From the IMG/VR virus record IMGVR_UViG_3300025129_000005: a stretch of DNA of 64,000 nucleotides. One strand, 5' to 3'. The stretch comes from a virus. Lineage: Duplodnaviria > Caudoviricetes. The notes under the pieces were generated by a model. It was not told the DNA's origin. It saw only the letters and a program-made list of their open reading frames with translations, and did no database searches. This document shows positions 44,281 to 54,934 of the stretch, piece after piece (the first letter of the stretch is position 1; each line of letters begins with the position of its first letter). The position numbers were made by a program, and so were the translations under genes.

Positions 44281-45190
44281 TTAATTTCCTTGTGGTTTCT
44301 TCATCAAACACACCATCAGCGAGACGATGAATGTTATCTGTTATATATTCTTCTGTTAAAATGTCATAAGTGTATCCGTTAAGATAACACCATTCAGACA
44401 AACACTCTTCTTTGGTACGTTCTACCTTCCCATTAACTCTACACATTGGTTTTAGTTCTACAATGTGTTTTGTGTTATGATTAACAAAATCCACGATATA
44501 TATCTTATCTTTGCCTTCAATATTATACGGTATTCTCAAGGTTTCGTATTCATAATCTTGATTGAAGTGGTGAAAGAATGCTTCCCATGACGATCTATAT
44601 TTTTTATTGTTATAATATACTTGCCAATGTGTATGTGAATTATGAATATTTGGTGTAAAATCTCCATTCATAATCAACTTTTTAACAGAAACAGATTGTT
44701 TATATCTTTGCTCTTTTGTAGGTATAACACCAAATGAAGGGTTGCCTTCACCCATCCTATCACAAGAAAGTTTTAACAAACGGTCATCATCTTCTTTTGT
44801 TAGTCCTTTATTCCAAGGAGATAATCCTGTTTGTATGTCTTTATTCCAAGGGTTACCAGTGTTTAAGTTGTTACGTATCTTATCACCATGTTTGTCCTGA
44901 CAACCAAGACCGCCCTTTTTTGCAATATCATGCTTCATTTGTCTATAATATTTTTCCCTTATATTAGAGTCTATGTTATATAATAAATCAAACATGGTTA
45001 CATATGGCGATTTTAATATTCTTCTGTTAAGAGTAATTACATCGTTTCTTCTTTCAATAACAAGACCATTAGACAATACAGATTTCGTTGGGCTGTAGTT
45101 CTTTACTCTGAGTAATTGATTATTTTTTTCTAATACATCGTTTAGTTTGTTTCTATGGTTGTTATGTCTTGATATTTCGTTGTTTCTCAT
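44258..45190 (-). mobile_element. Free-standing homing endonuclease between the split-intein halves
   Basis: PWNKG/NUMOD3-like repeats; YRSSWE, Y..DF, IVELKP (TnsA-like PD-(D/E)XK); late promoter at 45224-45231. Confidence 0.8.
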
Positions 45191-45236
45191 AATACATACC
45201 CTCTTGTGATGTGAACTTATAGGTATTTATATTTTT

Positions 45237-46190
45237 TTATTCAAACCCTATAACATCATGTTCACAAGTTAACTCATCTGCCCTGATATAACCTTTATCG
45301 GTAAGTATTTTATGATTACCTGTAACTCTTAATATTTCACCACCATCAAATTCTAACTCATACATTCTCTCGTTAGATGATATAGTCATGTTTTCGTATA
45401 CATCTTCAATTATATCTTGTTCATATTCATTAGTTTCGGTGTTATACGAAATAACGATGTCCCCTATAACCAAATCTTTTATCTTTTTATAGCCATTGTC
45501 GGTTTTTATGAGAGTATCGCCATCAACACACTCATCCACAATAACCATATCCATATGTTCCATATAGTGTTTTACATTGTTTAGTGACTGCCAAGTACTG
45601 ATAATTAAAGGGTTGTTCCATTCCTTCCACTTATCACCAACACGCCCAACAGTAGACATATCCACTCCATATTCTTTCATATCACCATAGAACTGAGTGA
45701 CCAGACCAACAGAAGGCACAATAATTATACCGTTTTTTGTTAAATTCTTTTCTTGTAGTGCTTTAACAACATATGATATCATTAAACTTTTACCACTGGC
45801 CGTTGCAGACCTGATGATGCCTTTACCTGTCTTAAGACACGCAGAGATACAATCATCTTGATAGTTATATGGTTGAAATTTTAAGTTTTTGTGATATTCG
45901 GGTTTGATTCCGACAAATAAAGACTTTACTTCGGATGAAAGTGTATAAGGTAATTCTGACCATTCTTTCTTATGATACTTAATTAACTCTAATAGTAGAC
46001 CATAAGGTATAGTCCTCTTCACGGAGTCCATAAGACCAACTTTACCATCCCAGCTTCCGCACTTATATTGTAACATAAACTTATAACCGTCAACGTAATG
46101 ACGGAAATATTCTTTTACTTCGGTGAGATATGTCCAATTTTCTGTATCGATTCTGATATGAAGAGGATCATGTAATTCTAAATTAACCAC
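45237..46190 (-). CDS. uvsW: UvsW helicase, N-terminal piece plus split-intein N-part
   Basis: PYNYQ, SATASGKS, IVPS..LV.Q, ISTWQS, VIVDE|CVDGDT. Confidence 0.92.
   Translation of the reverse strand: MVNLELHDPLHIRIDTENWTYLTEVKEYFRHYVDGYKFMLQYKCGSWDGKVGLMDSVKRTIPYGLLLELIKYHKKEWSELPYTLSSEVKSLFVGIKPEYHKNLKFQPYNYQDDCISACLKTGKGIIRSATASGKSLMISYVVKALQEKNLTKNGIIIVPSVGLVTQFYGDMKEYGVDMSTVGRVGDKWKEWNNPLIISTWQSLNNVKHYMEHMDMVIVDECVDGDTLIKTDNGYKKIKDLVIGDIVISYNTETNEYEQDIIEDVYENMTISSNERMYELEFDGGEILRVTGNHKILTDKGYIRADELTCEHDVIGFE
45240..45530 (-). other. Split intein N-fragment (97 aa)
   Basis: Block A CVDGDTLI; block B VTGNHKI. Confidence 0.9.
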
Positions 46191-46193
46191 TAA

Positions 46194-46676
46194 TCAATAA
46201 CCGCCTTTACCGTTCTCACAGAATAATTTCATATTCCATTGTAATTTATCCATTGCTTGCCAAATAGTCTCGAAATATTTAACCCTCATTTCCTGCTTTC
46301 TGACCAAACCTTTTAATTTTATCAGATCAGGATCTTTAGGTAAATAATATCGTTCTATTTCAGTTTTTGTTAAAGTGACCGCACCGTCTTTCAATGATAT
46401 ATATTTATCACCGATCATCTGTGCCAAACGGTCTTCGACGGTAGATAACTTGGACTGTTCTTGCAAAAATTTGAGGCGAAAGTCTTTCATGTGGAACGAT
46501 AGACGTTGTAATCTTTCTTGAATATTAAATTCATTAAAAGTAAGAAGATCATATACATTATATTCCTCTTCCAACTTTTTAAATATACTATCCTCGTTCA
46601 ATTCTTCACGTATTTTATTGAGGACTGCTTTAGTTTCCTCGTTATAAACACTTAACATGTGAGTGTAATCTGTCAT
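46194..46676 (-). CDS. uvsY: UvsY-like recombination mediator
   Basis: Helical protein next to uvsW; Y...D.D, W.MK..E pattern. Confidence 0.65.
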   Translation of the reverse strand: MTDYTHMLSVYNEETKAVLNKIREELNEDSIFKKLEEEYNVYDLLTFNEFNIQERLQRLSFHMKDFRLKFLQEQSKLSTVEDRLAQMIGDKYISLKDGAVTLTKTEIERYYLPKDPDLIKLKGLVRKQEMRVKYFETIWQAMDKLQWNMKLFCENGKGGY

Positions 46677-46910
46677 ATAATAAACAAATCCTTTATTTTT
46701 TTTTTTGAAATGGACGTAAACATCAAGATTTCATTTGATCAGTGTAGCCGGGGTTACTTCCAAAAATTCCATAAGAACTATTCCATTGTCATTGACACAA
46801 TGTACCATATTTAGTATAAATAGTAAATATAAAGTAGTGAAATAAAATGAAAAATTTTTGGGGTATAGAGGTTATAAAAGTTATGAACCTGTAAGATGAC
46901 ATAGCTGCTT

Positions 46911-48347
46911 TTGTGTGATAGTATGCTAAAAAACTGTGGAGTAAACGCTTTGTCAGAATTAACAACAGATCCCCAATATCTCGAAATGGTTATAGCTAAA
47001 GCTTTGATGGAAGACAAAGACTTTGTTGCAACCATCACTAATGTTTTTGAAGAAAATTACTTCGACTCTCCTGATGTGAAGTCTTTGTTCACTTTCACAA
47101 AAAGCTATTTCGCGGAATATAATGAGATTCCTACTCGTAGTATTGTCATAAACAGTATTCCCTTGGATTCAAGAAGTTCTCTTGAAACATACCTGAATCA
47201 CACTAATAACACTGACATAAATATTCCACAAAACCGTGATTGGTTAATGACACAGACTGATCTATATCTAAAAGACAAAGCAATTAAGGATGCGATTAGA
47301 AAATCGGTTGATGTCATTGATAGTCGTGGAGATACTCACGATATCAGGAAAATGGTCGAAGAAGCATTATGTCGATCAATAAATATTGATATCGGACTAA
47401 ACTATTTCAGGGATATAGGTCCACGACTAACACGAATGTTTACGGATGAAAACCAACGACTTAAGACCTATTTTCCGGTATTTGATGAGTTTATTAATGG
47501 GGGTTTCCCGCCTAAAACGCTAAGTGTGTTTGTTGCTAAAATCCACGGATTTAAATCAAATGTTATGGCGAATATGATAGCCCGACAGGTTTTAAATGGC
47601 AAAAACATTGCTCTTGCCTCACTTGAAATGTCCGAGGATATGTTTGCTCAACGATTCGATGGTATTTATTCATTATTAGATATAAATAGATTTTATTTCA
47701 ACCGTAGATTGAAGCAAAGATTGGTTGGAAGATTGCGTGAAATTAAAGATTTACCGGGTCGAGGCGATCTTCATATTAAAGCGTTTCCTACAGGTAAAGC
47801 GTCAGTGAATGATTTCAGGAAATGGGTTCGTGAATTGAAGATGAGGGGTGTTCAATTAGACGGGTTTTTCTTTGACTATCTTAATCTTATGGCATCTACC
47901 GAAGTCGGTAAATCAGATAATACCTACAGTTCAGTTAAAAGTATTGCAGAAGAAACTCGCGCCATGGGATTTGAGTTTGATATCCCAATGATTTCAGTAA
48001 GTCAGTTAAATCGTGCTGGTACTTTTATGAATTTTGATGATGTTGATATGAATAGCATTGCTGAGTCAATGGGTGTTCCTGCTACTGCTGATTTTATGAT
48101 GATTATGGGTTCTAATGACGAACATATGGTATACAACAACGAGGTTCATTATAAAATAGTCAAAAACCGTCTTGGGGGTAGAGTAGGTGAAATGGACAAA
48201 TTTTATTATGATGCTCGTTCAATGAAAATGTATTGTTCGTCTGAAATGGAACAATGGATGCAAGACGTAGATATTTCTGGAGATGATAGGATGATATCCC
48301 CTCAACCAGAATCGCAGCAACATCAAGGGAGAAGAAGGAGAGAATGA
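46911..48347 (+). CDS. gp41: Replicative DNA helicase (gp41/DnaB-like)
   Basis: GG...KTL.VF.A..HGFKS, SLEMSE, DYLNLM, S.SQLNR, ES.G.PATAD, KNR.GG. Confidence 0.92.
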   Translation: MCDSMLKNCGVNALSELTTDPQYLEMVIAKALMEDKDFVATITNVFEENYFDSPDVKSLFTFTKSYFAEYNEIPTRSIVINSIPLDSRSSLETYLNHTNNTDINIPQNRDWLMTQTDLYLKDKAIKDAIRKSVDVIDSRGDTHDIRKMVEEALCRSINIDIGLNYFRDIGPRLTRMFTDENQRLKTYFPVFDEFINGGFPPKTLSVFVAKIHGFKSNVMANMIARQVLNGKNIALASLEMSEDMFAQRFDGIYSLLDINRFYFNRRLKQRLVGRLREIKDLPGRGDLHIKAFPTGKASVNDFRKWVRELKMRGVQLDGFFFDYLNLMASTEVGKSDNTYSSVKSIAEETRAMGFEFDIPMISVSQLNRAGTFMNFDDVDMNSIAESMGVPATADFMMIMGSNDEHMVYNNEVHYKIVKNRLGGRVGEMDKFYYDARSMKMYCSSEMEQWMQDVDISGDDRMISPQPESQQHQGRRRRE

Positions 48348-48865
48348 TATTTGTTATAGGCATACATAAAACAGGGTTAACATCACTATCTCATGCCATG
48401 AGGGAGTTGGGTCTTGAAGGCTGGCAATATCCCCATCCAAACAATGTTAGTATGTTGAGAATGGGGCGAGTCAAGATAGATTTTGGGTGCGATTGTCCAT
48501 TTATGTATGATTACAGAAAATGGGGTGCTATGTTCCCTAATTCAAAATTTATTGTTACAACCAGAGAAGACGAAAAAGAATGGATTTCCTCAAACAGAGC
48601 GCAGCAAGAAAAGAGGAGATTTCCTTATTACAGAGATATTTATACTATGGGTTTATGGGGTCAACTTGAGTTTACAGATGAACATATGTTGAAGGTAAAA
48701 GAAAAACATTACTCAGGTATAGCGGAATACTTCAAAGGCAGACCACAAGATGTATTATATATGAATGTTATAGAACATGGTGATGGTTGGGATAAACTTT
48801 GCCCATTCATTGGGAAAGATATTCCTAATACACCATTTCCACATAGGAATAAGAGAGATGATTGA
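48344..48865 (+). CDS. PAPS-dependent sulfotransferase-like protein
   Basis: IG.HKTG.TSL (5'PSB loop), FPNSKFI.T.R...W..S, GW..LC.F.G..P..PFP..N. Confidence 0.82.
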   Translation: MIFVIGIHKTGLTSLSHAMRELGLEGWQYPHPNNVSMLRMGRVKIDFGCDCPFMYDYRKWGAMFPNSKFIVTTREDEKEWISSNRAQQEKRRFPYYRDIYTMGLWGQLEFTDEHMLKVKEKHYSGIAEYFKGRPQDVLYMNVIEHGDGWDKLCPFIGKDIPNTPFPHRNKRDD

Positions 48866-49196
48866 GACATTAGAACTTGGTGAAAATTTAATAGATAATC
48901 ATATAATACCTGATTGTATTAAACGATATACAACAGACAAATTACCTATCCATCTAGCAGTACATGAGATAAATGCTAATGATAATTTTGATGTTTATTG
49001 TGATGTGCATGAACATGAAGGTGAAGATGAACTGAATATAATTTTAGGTGATGTGGAATTTGAACTATTAGTAGGGTCTGATTATCAAAGAGTTAATAGT
49101 AGAACTGCAGTTTGGATACCAGCAGGAGTACCCCACTCTGCAAACGTCACAAGAGGAACAGGTTATTTTATATGTATAAGATTCAAGAAGATTTAG
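48858..49196 (+). CDS. Cupin-domain protein
   Basis: H.HE..DE.N, WIPAGVPHSA. Confidence 0.75.
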   Translation: MIETLELGENLIDNHIIPDCIKRYTTDKLPIHLAVHEINANDNFDVYCDVHEHEGEDELNIILGDVEFELLVGSDYQRVNSRTAVWIPAGVPHSANVTRGTGYFICIRFKKI

Positions 49197-49612
49197 AACA
49201 TTGGCAAAATCTACAACCGCCACTGTCACCGAATAGTTATGAGATTTCCCTGTATAGTGAATTAACTAGTCATGGAATCGCGGGGGGTAATGTTTTATTG
49301 TTGGGAGAAACCAAGTCATTAATGGGGTTTGCCGCAAAAACAATAGATCTTCATCCGATTCGCGGGGAATATGGCGACTGGTTTGATATACAGGGGCTTT
49401 ATAGTACAATTATAGGGGATGGTGTTATAAATCTTGCAGGGATGGAGTTAGTTGATGTGGTTAGACCTCACTGTAAACGGTTTGTAACAAGAGTTTTTAC
49501 GAAAAGATTACCCGGTATGAAATATGCCACTTATTTTCCGACAGTGTTTCCAGATTCTAGTCTAAATTTCAAGACACAAGATGGATGTAGAATGATAATT
49601 TGGGAGTTTTAA
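49172..49612 (+). CDS. Hypothetical protein, possibly methyltransferase-like
   Basis: LLLGET, IDL.P, GDW, IIGDG..N. Confidence 0.45.
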   Translation: MYKIQEDLEHWQNLQPPLSPNSYEISLYSELTSHGIAGGNVLLLGETKSLMGFAAKTIDLHPIRGEYGDWFDIQGLYSTIIGDGVINLAGMELVDVVRPHCKRFVTRVFTKRLPGMKYATYFPTVFPDSSLNFKTQDGCRMIIWEF

Positions 49613-50231
49613 ATGAATATTTTATGTATGTTTTCTGGTGGACTGGATAGCACAGGAGCTTTATACTCATTGTTAACCCAATCTGAGTATAAAGATTACA
49701 ATATTCACGTGCATTCTATGGGTCTATCTAATATAGAAAACAGGAGTGGTGCAGAATTTCAGGCAACGATGAATATCAAAAAAATGGTTCATTGACAAAG
49801 GATATAAATTTAAGTTTACACGAAGTGTTCATGAATATAAATTTATGTCAAATTGTTTTATATGGGATTCTGATATATGTGCATTTATGGCAGGACAGAT
49901 CACTAGATGCTCACCAAGAAGCTACAACTATATTGTTATGGGTAGAACAAAAACAGATGATGATATGAATCACTCGAATATGACAGGTCGTATTAAGAGA
50001 GCTAGAGAGATATTCCATGCTTCTTATGGAGAATCTTCCAAACAAAAACCTGAATATCTTTATCCTGTTATAGACATGACCAAGCAGGATATATGGGATA
50101 TGTTGCCCGAGGAGTTAAGAAATTATACATGGTCGTGCAGAACACCAAAACAAAATAATAAATTTGATTGGGTGACCTGTGGGTCATGTATCACATGTAA
50201 TGATATAAAAAAGTATATAAGGAGTGATTGA
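49613..50231 (+). pseudogene. queC: QueC-like PP-loop protein split by an apparent +1 frameshift in an A7 run (49778-49784)
   Basis: FSGGLDS at the N-terminus, TWSC...CG.C..C at the C-terminus; deleting one A gives a continuous ORF. Confidence 0.65.
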
Positions 50232-50584
50232 TGGTAACTGAATTAAATGCCGAAAAATGGAAAGAAATACTTGACAAAGAAAGGATTGCAGTGGTTAAAT
50301 GTTATGCTTCATGGTGTGGTCCATGTAAATTTTACGCACCTCATTTTCAGAAAGTTTCCGACAATTTAAGTGTTTACAATGACACTGAAATCAAGTATTA
50401 TCAAATGAACAATGATAAAAGTCTAAGTTTTAAGCGATCATTTAATGTAATGGTCTTGCCGTCTGTGTTATTTTTTGTGTATGGAGTTTTGGTTTATAAA
50501 ATCCAAGGAATAACAAGATCTGCTATTTTTGAGGAAATACTCGATAAAACACTGAAAGTACCTTTTTCTATAAAAGAACCATAA
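50228..50584 (+). CDS. Thioredoxin
   Basis: YASWCGPC, V..LP. Confidence 0.88.
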   Translation: MMVTELNAEKWKEILDKERIAVVKCYASWCGPCKFYAPHFQKVSDNLSVYNDTEIKYYQMNNDKSLSFKRSFNVMVLPSVLFFVYGVLVYKIQGITRSAIFEEILDKTLKVPFSIKEP

Positions 50585-50759
50585 TGACATTTCATGAATT
50601 AAACATTGATTAAAAACTCATTAAAGGAGTGGATATAAAGAATGATAGAGTATAAAGTTGTGGAAAACCCCCCTAATTTTGGGGGATGTGAGTTAATATT
50701 AAACGAATTAGCCGAAGATGGTTGGAGAGTCATAGGATTTTCTCAATATCAAATATGCC

Positions 50760-51392
50760 TTGAAAGGGAAAAACAAAATGAAGATGACGAAGTTAAGCAA
50801 ATCTGTGGATAATGTTGTTGAAAAATTTGAGGACTTGATTGAAGGAACTTTCTTCGAAAATGTATATTACTACTGTTATCGCAAATTTAAATGGGGGTGG
50901 TGGAATCCACGCACTGCATGGTATAAGGTCAAATATGGTGTAGGAAATCTCATTAGTTATTTCTATTTGATCTGGAATGATCGTGATTGGGATTATCACT
51001 ATTGGGTCAGTATGAACATCAAAAAACTTGAGAGAATGGAAAACCTCATCCGTAATCACGGTAACCATCTATACAATGTTCGTGACGCCGACAATATCCA
51101 CCTTGCCGTGTTGATCCTCAAGAGAATTCAGGCTGACGAATATCATGAGAATGCTTTCAGGGATCACAATAAAAAGTGGGGTAACTTAAATATTTCATGG
51201 AAAAAATTAAATGATGGAACTGAATGTAGTCAGATGTTGTCTGAAAGGGAGAATGTCAAAACCGAAAGCGACGAGAAATACGAAATTAAGGCTAGCCGTA
51301 GACTGATTATGCACAGTGATTACATGAAAAAACAAGACCTTGAATATGTAACAAAGATAATCAATAAGTACTTGTTTAGTTGGTGGGATTGA
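50760..51392 (+). CDS. Hypothetical protein
   Basis: W.DRDWD pattern; ORF track. Confidence 0.7.
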   Translation: MKGKNKMKMTKLSKSVDNVVEKFEDLIEGTFFENVYYYCYRKFKWGWWNPRTAWYKVKYGVGNLISYFYLIWNDRDWDYHYWVSMNIKKLERMENLIRNHGNHLYNVRDADNIHLAVLILKRIQADEYHENAFRDHNKKWGNLNISWKKLNDGTECSQMLSERENVKTESDEKYEIKASRRLIMHSDYMKKQDLEYVTKIINKYLFSWWD

Positions 51393-51940
51393 TGACGGAG
51401 AAATTGCGTCATATAACAGAAAAAATACATCAGTGTAGAAAATGTCCCTTATGTGATAACGATAAAACGTTACCATATATCGGGGAGTATGCAAAAAATA
51501 TATTCCTACTGGATTTTATCCGACATGATGCACATGATTACATGGATAAATTATGGAAATTATTCAAAGAAGTTGGATTATCTAAACAAGAATTTATTGT
51601 TATATATACAACTCAGTGTATGACAAAACCAACAAAACGTGGAGGAAAAATACATACGTCGCCACCCGCAAAAATTCACCGAGAAAAATGTAAACTTTGG
51701 CTAAATGAGTTTGTACATGCCTTGGATAAACCTAAGATGTTAATCATGGGTAATGTGGCAATGGAGCATGTAACGAATCAGTTTTCTGGTATTGTTGAGT
51801 TGAATGCGACCACAATCAAACCAAAAATAGAAGGTGTTATTGTGCCATGTGTTTTATCCGTAAGCCCTAGTTATTTAAAAGAGTGGGGGGAAGGGTATTA
51901 TATGGTGAAAAAAAGTCTTGAAGTCTTCAAACATCTGTGA
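51380..51940 (+). CDS. Uracil-DNA glycosylase family 4-like protein (divergent)
   Basis: I.QC.KCPLC, C..P, C..WL...P...MGN.A, SP.Y. Confidence 0.6.
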   Translation: MVGLMTEKLRHITEKIHQCRKCPLCDNDKTLPYIGEYAKNIFLLDFIRHDAHDYMDKLWKLFKEVGLSKQEFIVIYTTQCMTKPTKRGGKIHTSPPAKIHREKCKLWLNEFVHALDKPKMLIMGNVAMEHVTNQFSGIVELNATTIKPKIEGVIVPCVLSVSPSYLKEWGEGYYMVKKSLEVFKHL

Positions 51941-52153
51941 TATAGTCTATTTGTCTCTAGCGAATAGGAGTTCATAATATTTTTAAATTTTTATAAAGAA
52001 AAATTAGTTGAAGCGCAAAAACTTGATCCTAATTCTAAACTTGTAGTAAAACGAGACGGTAGATCAGCAAAGATTTTCTATGGCAAGTTTGTTGACTTTT
52101 ATCAGCATAAGAGTCTGGTCGCTCACCTTCTCAATTAAAGGAAATGGAATATT

Positions 52154-52459
52154 ATGAAAGTATTTCTTGATGATGAAAGAGTTACCCCAGATGGGTGGTT
52201 TCGTACCTATGACCCGACTCAGACCATCGGCATCCTTGAAATGGGTTTAGTTACACATTTAAGTTTAGACCATGATTTGGGTGACGATGAATTGATAGGT
52301 ACGGGTTATGATGTTATTCTATGGATTGAAGAAAATGTTGTGTTGAACGACTTCAAGCCGCCTATCATTATGATTCACTCCGCAAACCCCTCTGCCCGTC
52401 AGAAGATGGAAGCGGGTATTAAACAGATAAGGAAATTGTATGAAAATTCAGGTAGTTAG
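52154..52459 (+). CDS. Divergent receiver-like domain (cyclic-phosphate-processing receiver type)
   Basis: FLDDER..P.GW, SLDHDLG, GYD...WIE, IHSANP. Confidence 0.8.
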   Translation: MKVFLDDERVTPDGWFRTYDPTQTIGILEMGLVTHLSLDHDLGDDELIGTGYDVILWIEENVVLNDFKPPIIMIHSANPSARQKMEAGIKQIRKLYENSGS

Positions 52460-53324
52460 CGATATCCATGCAGAATTTGGATTAATTCAGAAAAATTATG
52501 ACAAGATGGTTGATACCCCTGCTGATGTATTAGTATTGGCAGGGGATATTGCATCATCCAATTCAATTATATCGGTTCTCAAAAAAATCAAAAAGGATTG
52601 TAGCCATAAACAGATCATATTTGTTGCTGGTAACCACGAATTTTATGGAACCTCAAGAAAAACACTTGATCCTGAGTTAATGTCTGTAAGCGGTGGTAAT
52701 TTAAACATTTTAATCGAACGTGATATTGTTATTGGTGGCATCATCTTCGTTGGTACTACCGGATGGTGGGATGGTTCAGGTGGTACTCTTGGTATGACCG
52801 TAAAGTATGGATTAAACGACTTCCGTATGATATATGATCTTATGGATAACGGTGATGGTGTGTGGTGGGGTCAGAAATCAAAAACATTCATTGACAGTAA
52901 ATTATACTTCTATAGAGATACTTTCCCTGACATGAAAAGGGTTATAGTCACTCACCACTTTCCTCACAGGGGTAGTATTAGCTCTAAATTTCAAGGTTCA
53001 GCATTGAATGTGTGTTTTTATAACGCATGGGAAGACCTTATTCAAGAATACCGCCCTGAACTGTGGATTCATGGTCATACCCATGATTCTTTTGATTATA
53101 AAGTTGGGGGTAATTGGAGTAAACCCGATGAACCCTCTGATGATAAAGGGTATACTCGTATTGTATGCAATCCGCAAGGTTACCCAGAGAAGTTTATATC
53201 ACCGAAGGACGCACTCAGGGAACATTACGAAAATGATGAACTTTTATCAAAGGGATCAGAATATAATACTTATCTTTGTGCTGAAAATGATCAATTTGAC
53301 CCTTGTAAGGTAGTAGAAATCTAA
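52440..53324 (+). CDS. Calcineurin-like metallophosphoesterase
   Basis: SDIH.E, LAGDI, AGNHEFY, THH.P, WIHGHTH, CNPQGY. Confidence 0.9.
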   Translation: MKIQVVSDIHAEFGLIQKNYDKMVDTPADVLVLAGDIASSNSIISVLKKIKKDCSHKQIIFVAGNHEFYGTSRKTLDPELMSVSGGNLNILIERDIVIGGIIFVGTTGWWDGSGGTLGMTVKYGLNDFRMIYDLMDNGDGVWWGQKSKTFIDSKLYFYRDTFPDMKRVIVTHHFPHRGSISSKFQGSALNVCFYNAWEDLIQEYRPELWIHGHTHDSFDYKVGGNWSKPDEPSDDKGYTRIVCNPQGYPEKFISPKDALREHYENDELLSKGSEYNTYLCAENDQFDPCKVVEI

Positions 53325-53340
53325 TAAAAAGGACTATAAA

Positions 53341-53874
53341 ATGAACGCGAAAAAAACAGCCAGACGTAAAGCAATTCTTGATGGGATTATGGAATCACTA
53401 AAACATGATGAGGTTTTTGACCGTGTAAAATACAAACAAAAGACCGAATCAGAACTACAAAACCGTATGGCAGTACCTTTGAATAGAACTGTTGCAAAAC
53501 TGTTCGAGGAATATAAGGGTTATAACCATGACCGTGCTGTATCAGAGGCACGTGTGAGATTTGCAAGTGAGGAAGATCCGAATACAACAGTCAAAAACTT
53601 TATGTTCATGGGGGTACAACATCGCCCAGACTTCACTATAGATTTTGATGATATTCGTATCGCAGTTGAAATCAAAAAAGGTCATTCAGGTCAATCAGTC
53701 CGTGAATGTATTGGTCAATCCGTGGTATACAACACAAATTATGATTTTACATGTGTTTTATACGTGGATACCTCCGCCGATGAGCGTATTAAAAACTCCC
53801 TTAACGGTGAGCGTGAGAAAGAATTGATTGAATCTCTTTGGAAAAATCATAATGTAATGTTGGACGTTATTTAA
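53341..53874 (+). CDS. PD-(D/E)XK-like nuclease-domain protein
   Basis: HRPDFTI...IAVEIKKG...IGQ..VY. Confidence 0.6.
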   Translation: MNAKKTARRKAILDGIMESLKHDEVFDRVKYKQKTESELQNRMAVPLNRTVAKLFEEYKGYNHDRAVSEARVRFASEEDPNTTVKNFMFMGVQHRPDFTIDFDDIRIAVEIKKGHSGQSVRECIGQSVVYNTNYDFTCVLYVDTSADERIKNSLNGEREKELIESLWKNHNVMLDVI

Positions 53875-54836
53875 TGACAAGTTTATGGGAAGACGTGTTC
53901 GATCAACCTGAACCAGAAATCGAGAAAGTGTCTATTGTTCCAAAGGATGAGCATGTTAATATTCTCAAGCGAATGGACGATTACGAAAAAAATCATTGCT
54001 GGCAGTATGATATAAGACTTAAAAATATGGAACAAGACTTAATTGATGTCGGATTAACCAAGGAGATTACAGATAACTTACGAGTATCAGATTTTGAATT
54101 TCGCTTTGTTGAGGATAAAAAAGAACGACAAAAATTAATTGAGTTTATAAAAAGACATGAGTGGTTAGGGAATCTATCACAATTCACCACGCATTGGTTT
54201 GGTGCATATTATAACGACATTCTATCAGGTGTCGTATTGATGAATATGCCTAATGCGTTTTCTAATGTTGTTGGTGAAAACACAAAAAACCTTGAGAGAC
54301 TGATAAGCAGGGGTGCCTGTATTTCATGGAGTCCCAAAAACTTAGCATCCTCTATGTTGATGTGGTGTATTAATTGGATGGTTGCTAATACCAGATACCG
54401 TGTATTTTCGGCATACTCCGATCCAACAGCTAAAGAACTCGGAACGATTTATCAAGCATGTAATTTCTATTACATAGGACAAAAATCTGGTACCACAAAA
54501 AGATATGTGAATCCTTTCACTGGCAGGCTCGTATCTGACCGATTTTTTAGGGCAAGGAGCGCATATAAGCAGTATGCTAAACAATTGGGGATTGAATGGC
54601 AGAAAAACTGGAACAATGATCAATCAATACTGTGGCATAATATGCCTAAAGAAATAGAACAACAATTAAGACAGCAATCCAAGAAAATGCAATCAGAAGC
54701 AAAATATTTTACATTTCCTCCTAAACATAAGTACATATATATCAAAGGAAAGACAAAAAAAGAAGATAAAATGCTTAAGACTATCTTTATGGAGAAAACA
54801 AAGGTCTATGATTACCCCAAAAAAAGGGGAAATTAA
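53874..54836 (+). CDS. mom: Mom-like (GNAT-fold) DNA adenine modification protein
   Basis: FI..H.WL, LISRG, PKN.AS, AYSDP...LGTIYQACNF.YIG. Confidence 0.7.
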   Translation: MTSLWEDVFDQPEPEIEKVSIVPKDEHVNILKRMDDYEKNHCWQYDIRLKNMEQDLIDVGLTKEITDNLRVSDFEFRFVEDKKERQKLIEFIKRHEWLGNLSQFTTHWFGAYYNDILSGVVLMNMPNAFSNVVGENTKNLERLISRGACISWSPKNLASSMLMWCINWMVANTRYRVFSAYSDPTAKELGTIYQACNFYYIGQKSGTTKRYVNPFTGRLVSDRFFRARSAYKQYAKQLGIEWQKNWNNDQSILWHNMPKEIEQQLRQQSKKMQSEAKYFTFPPKHKYIYIKGKTKKEDKMLKTIFMEKTKVYDYPKKRGN

Positions 54837-54934
54837 TAGTTTGTGCGTGTATGTAAATAAATCGAAATTTACATGATATCCCCCTATGGTAACATGGGTG
54901 GTATAAAATTTTATAGATATAGGGAAGGTGTATT

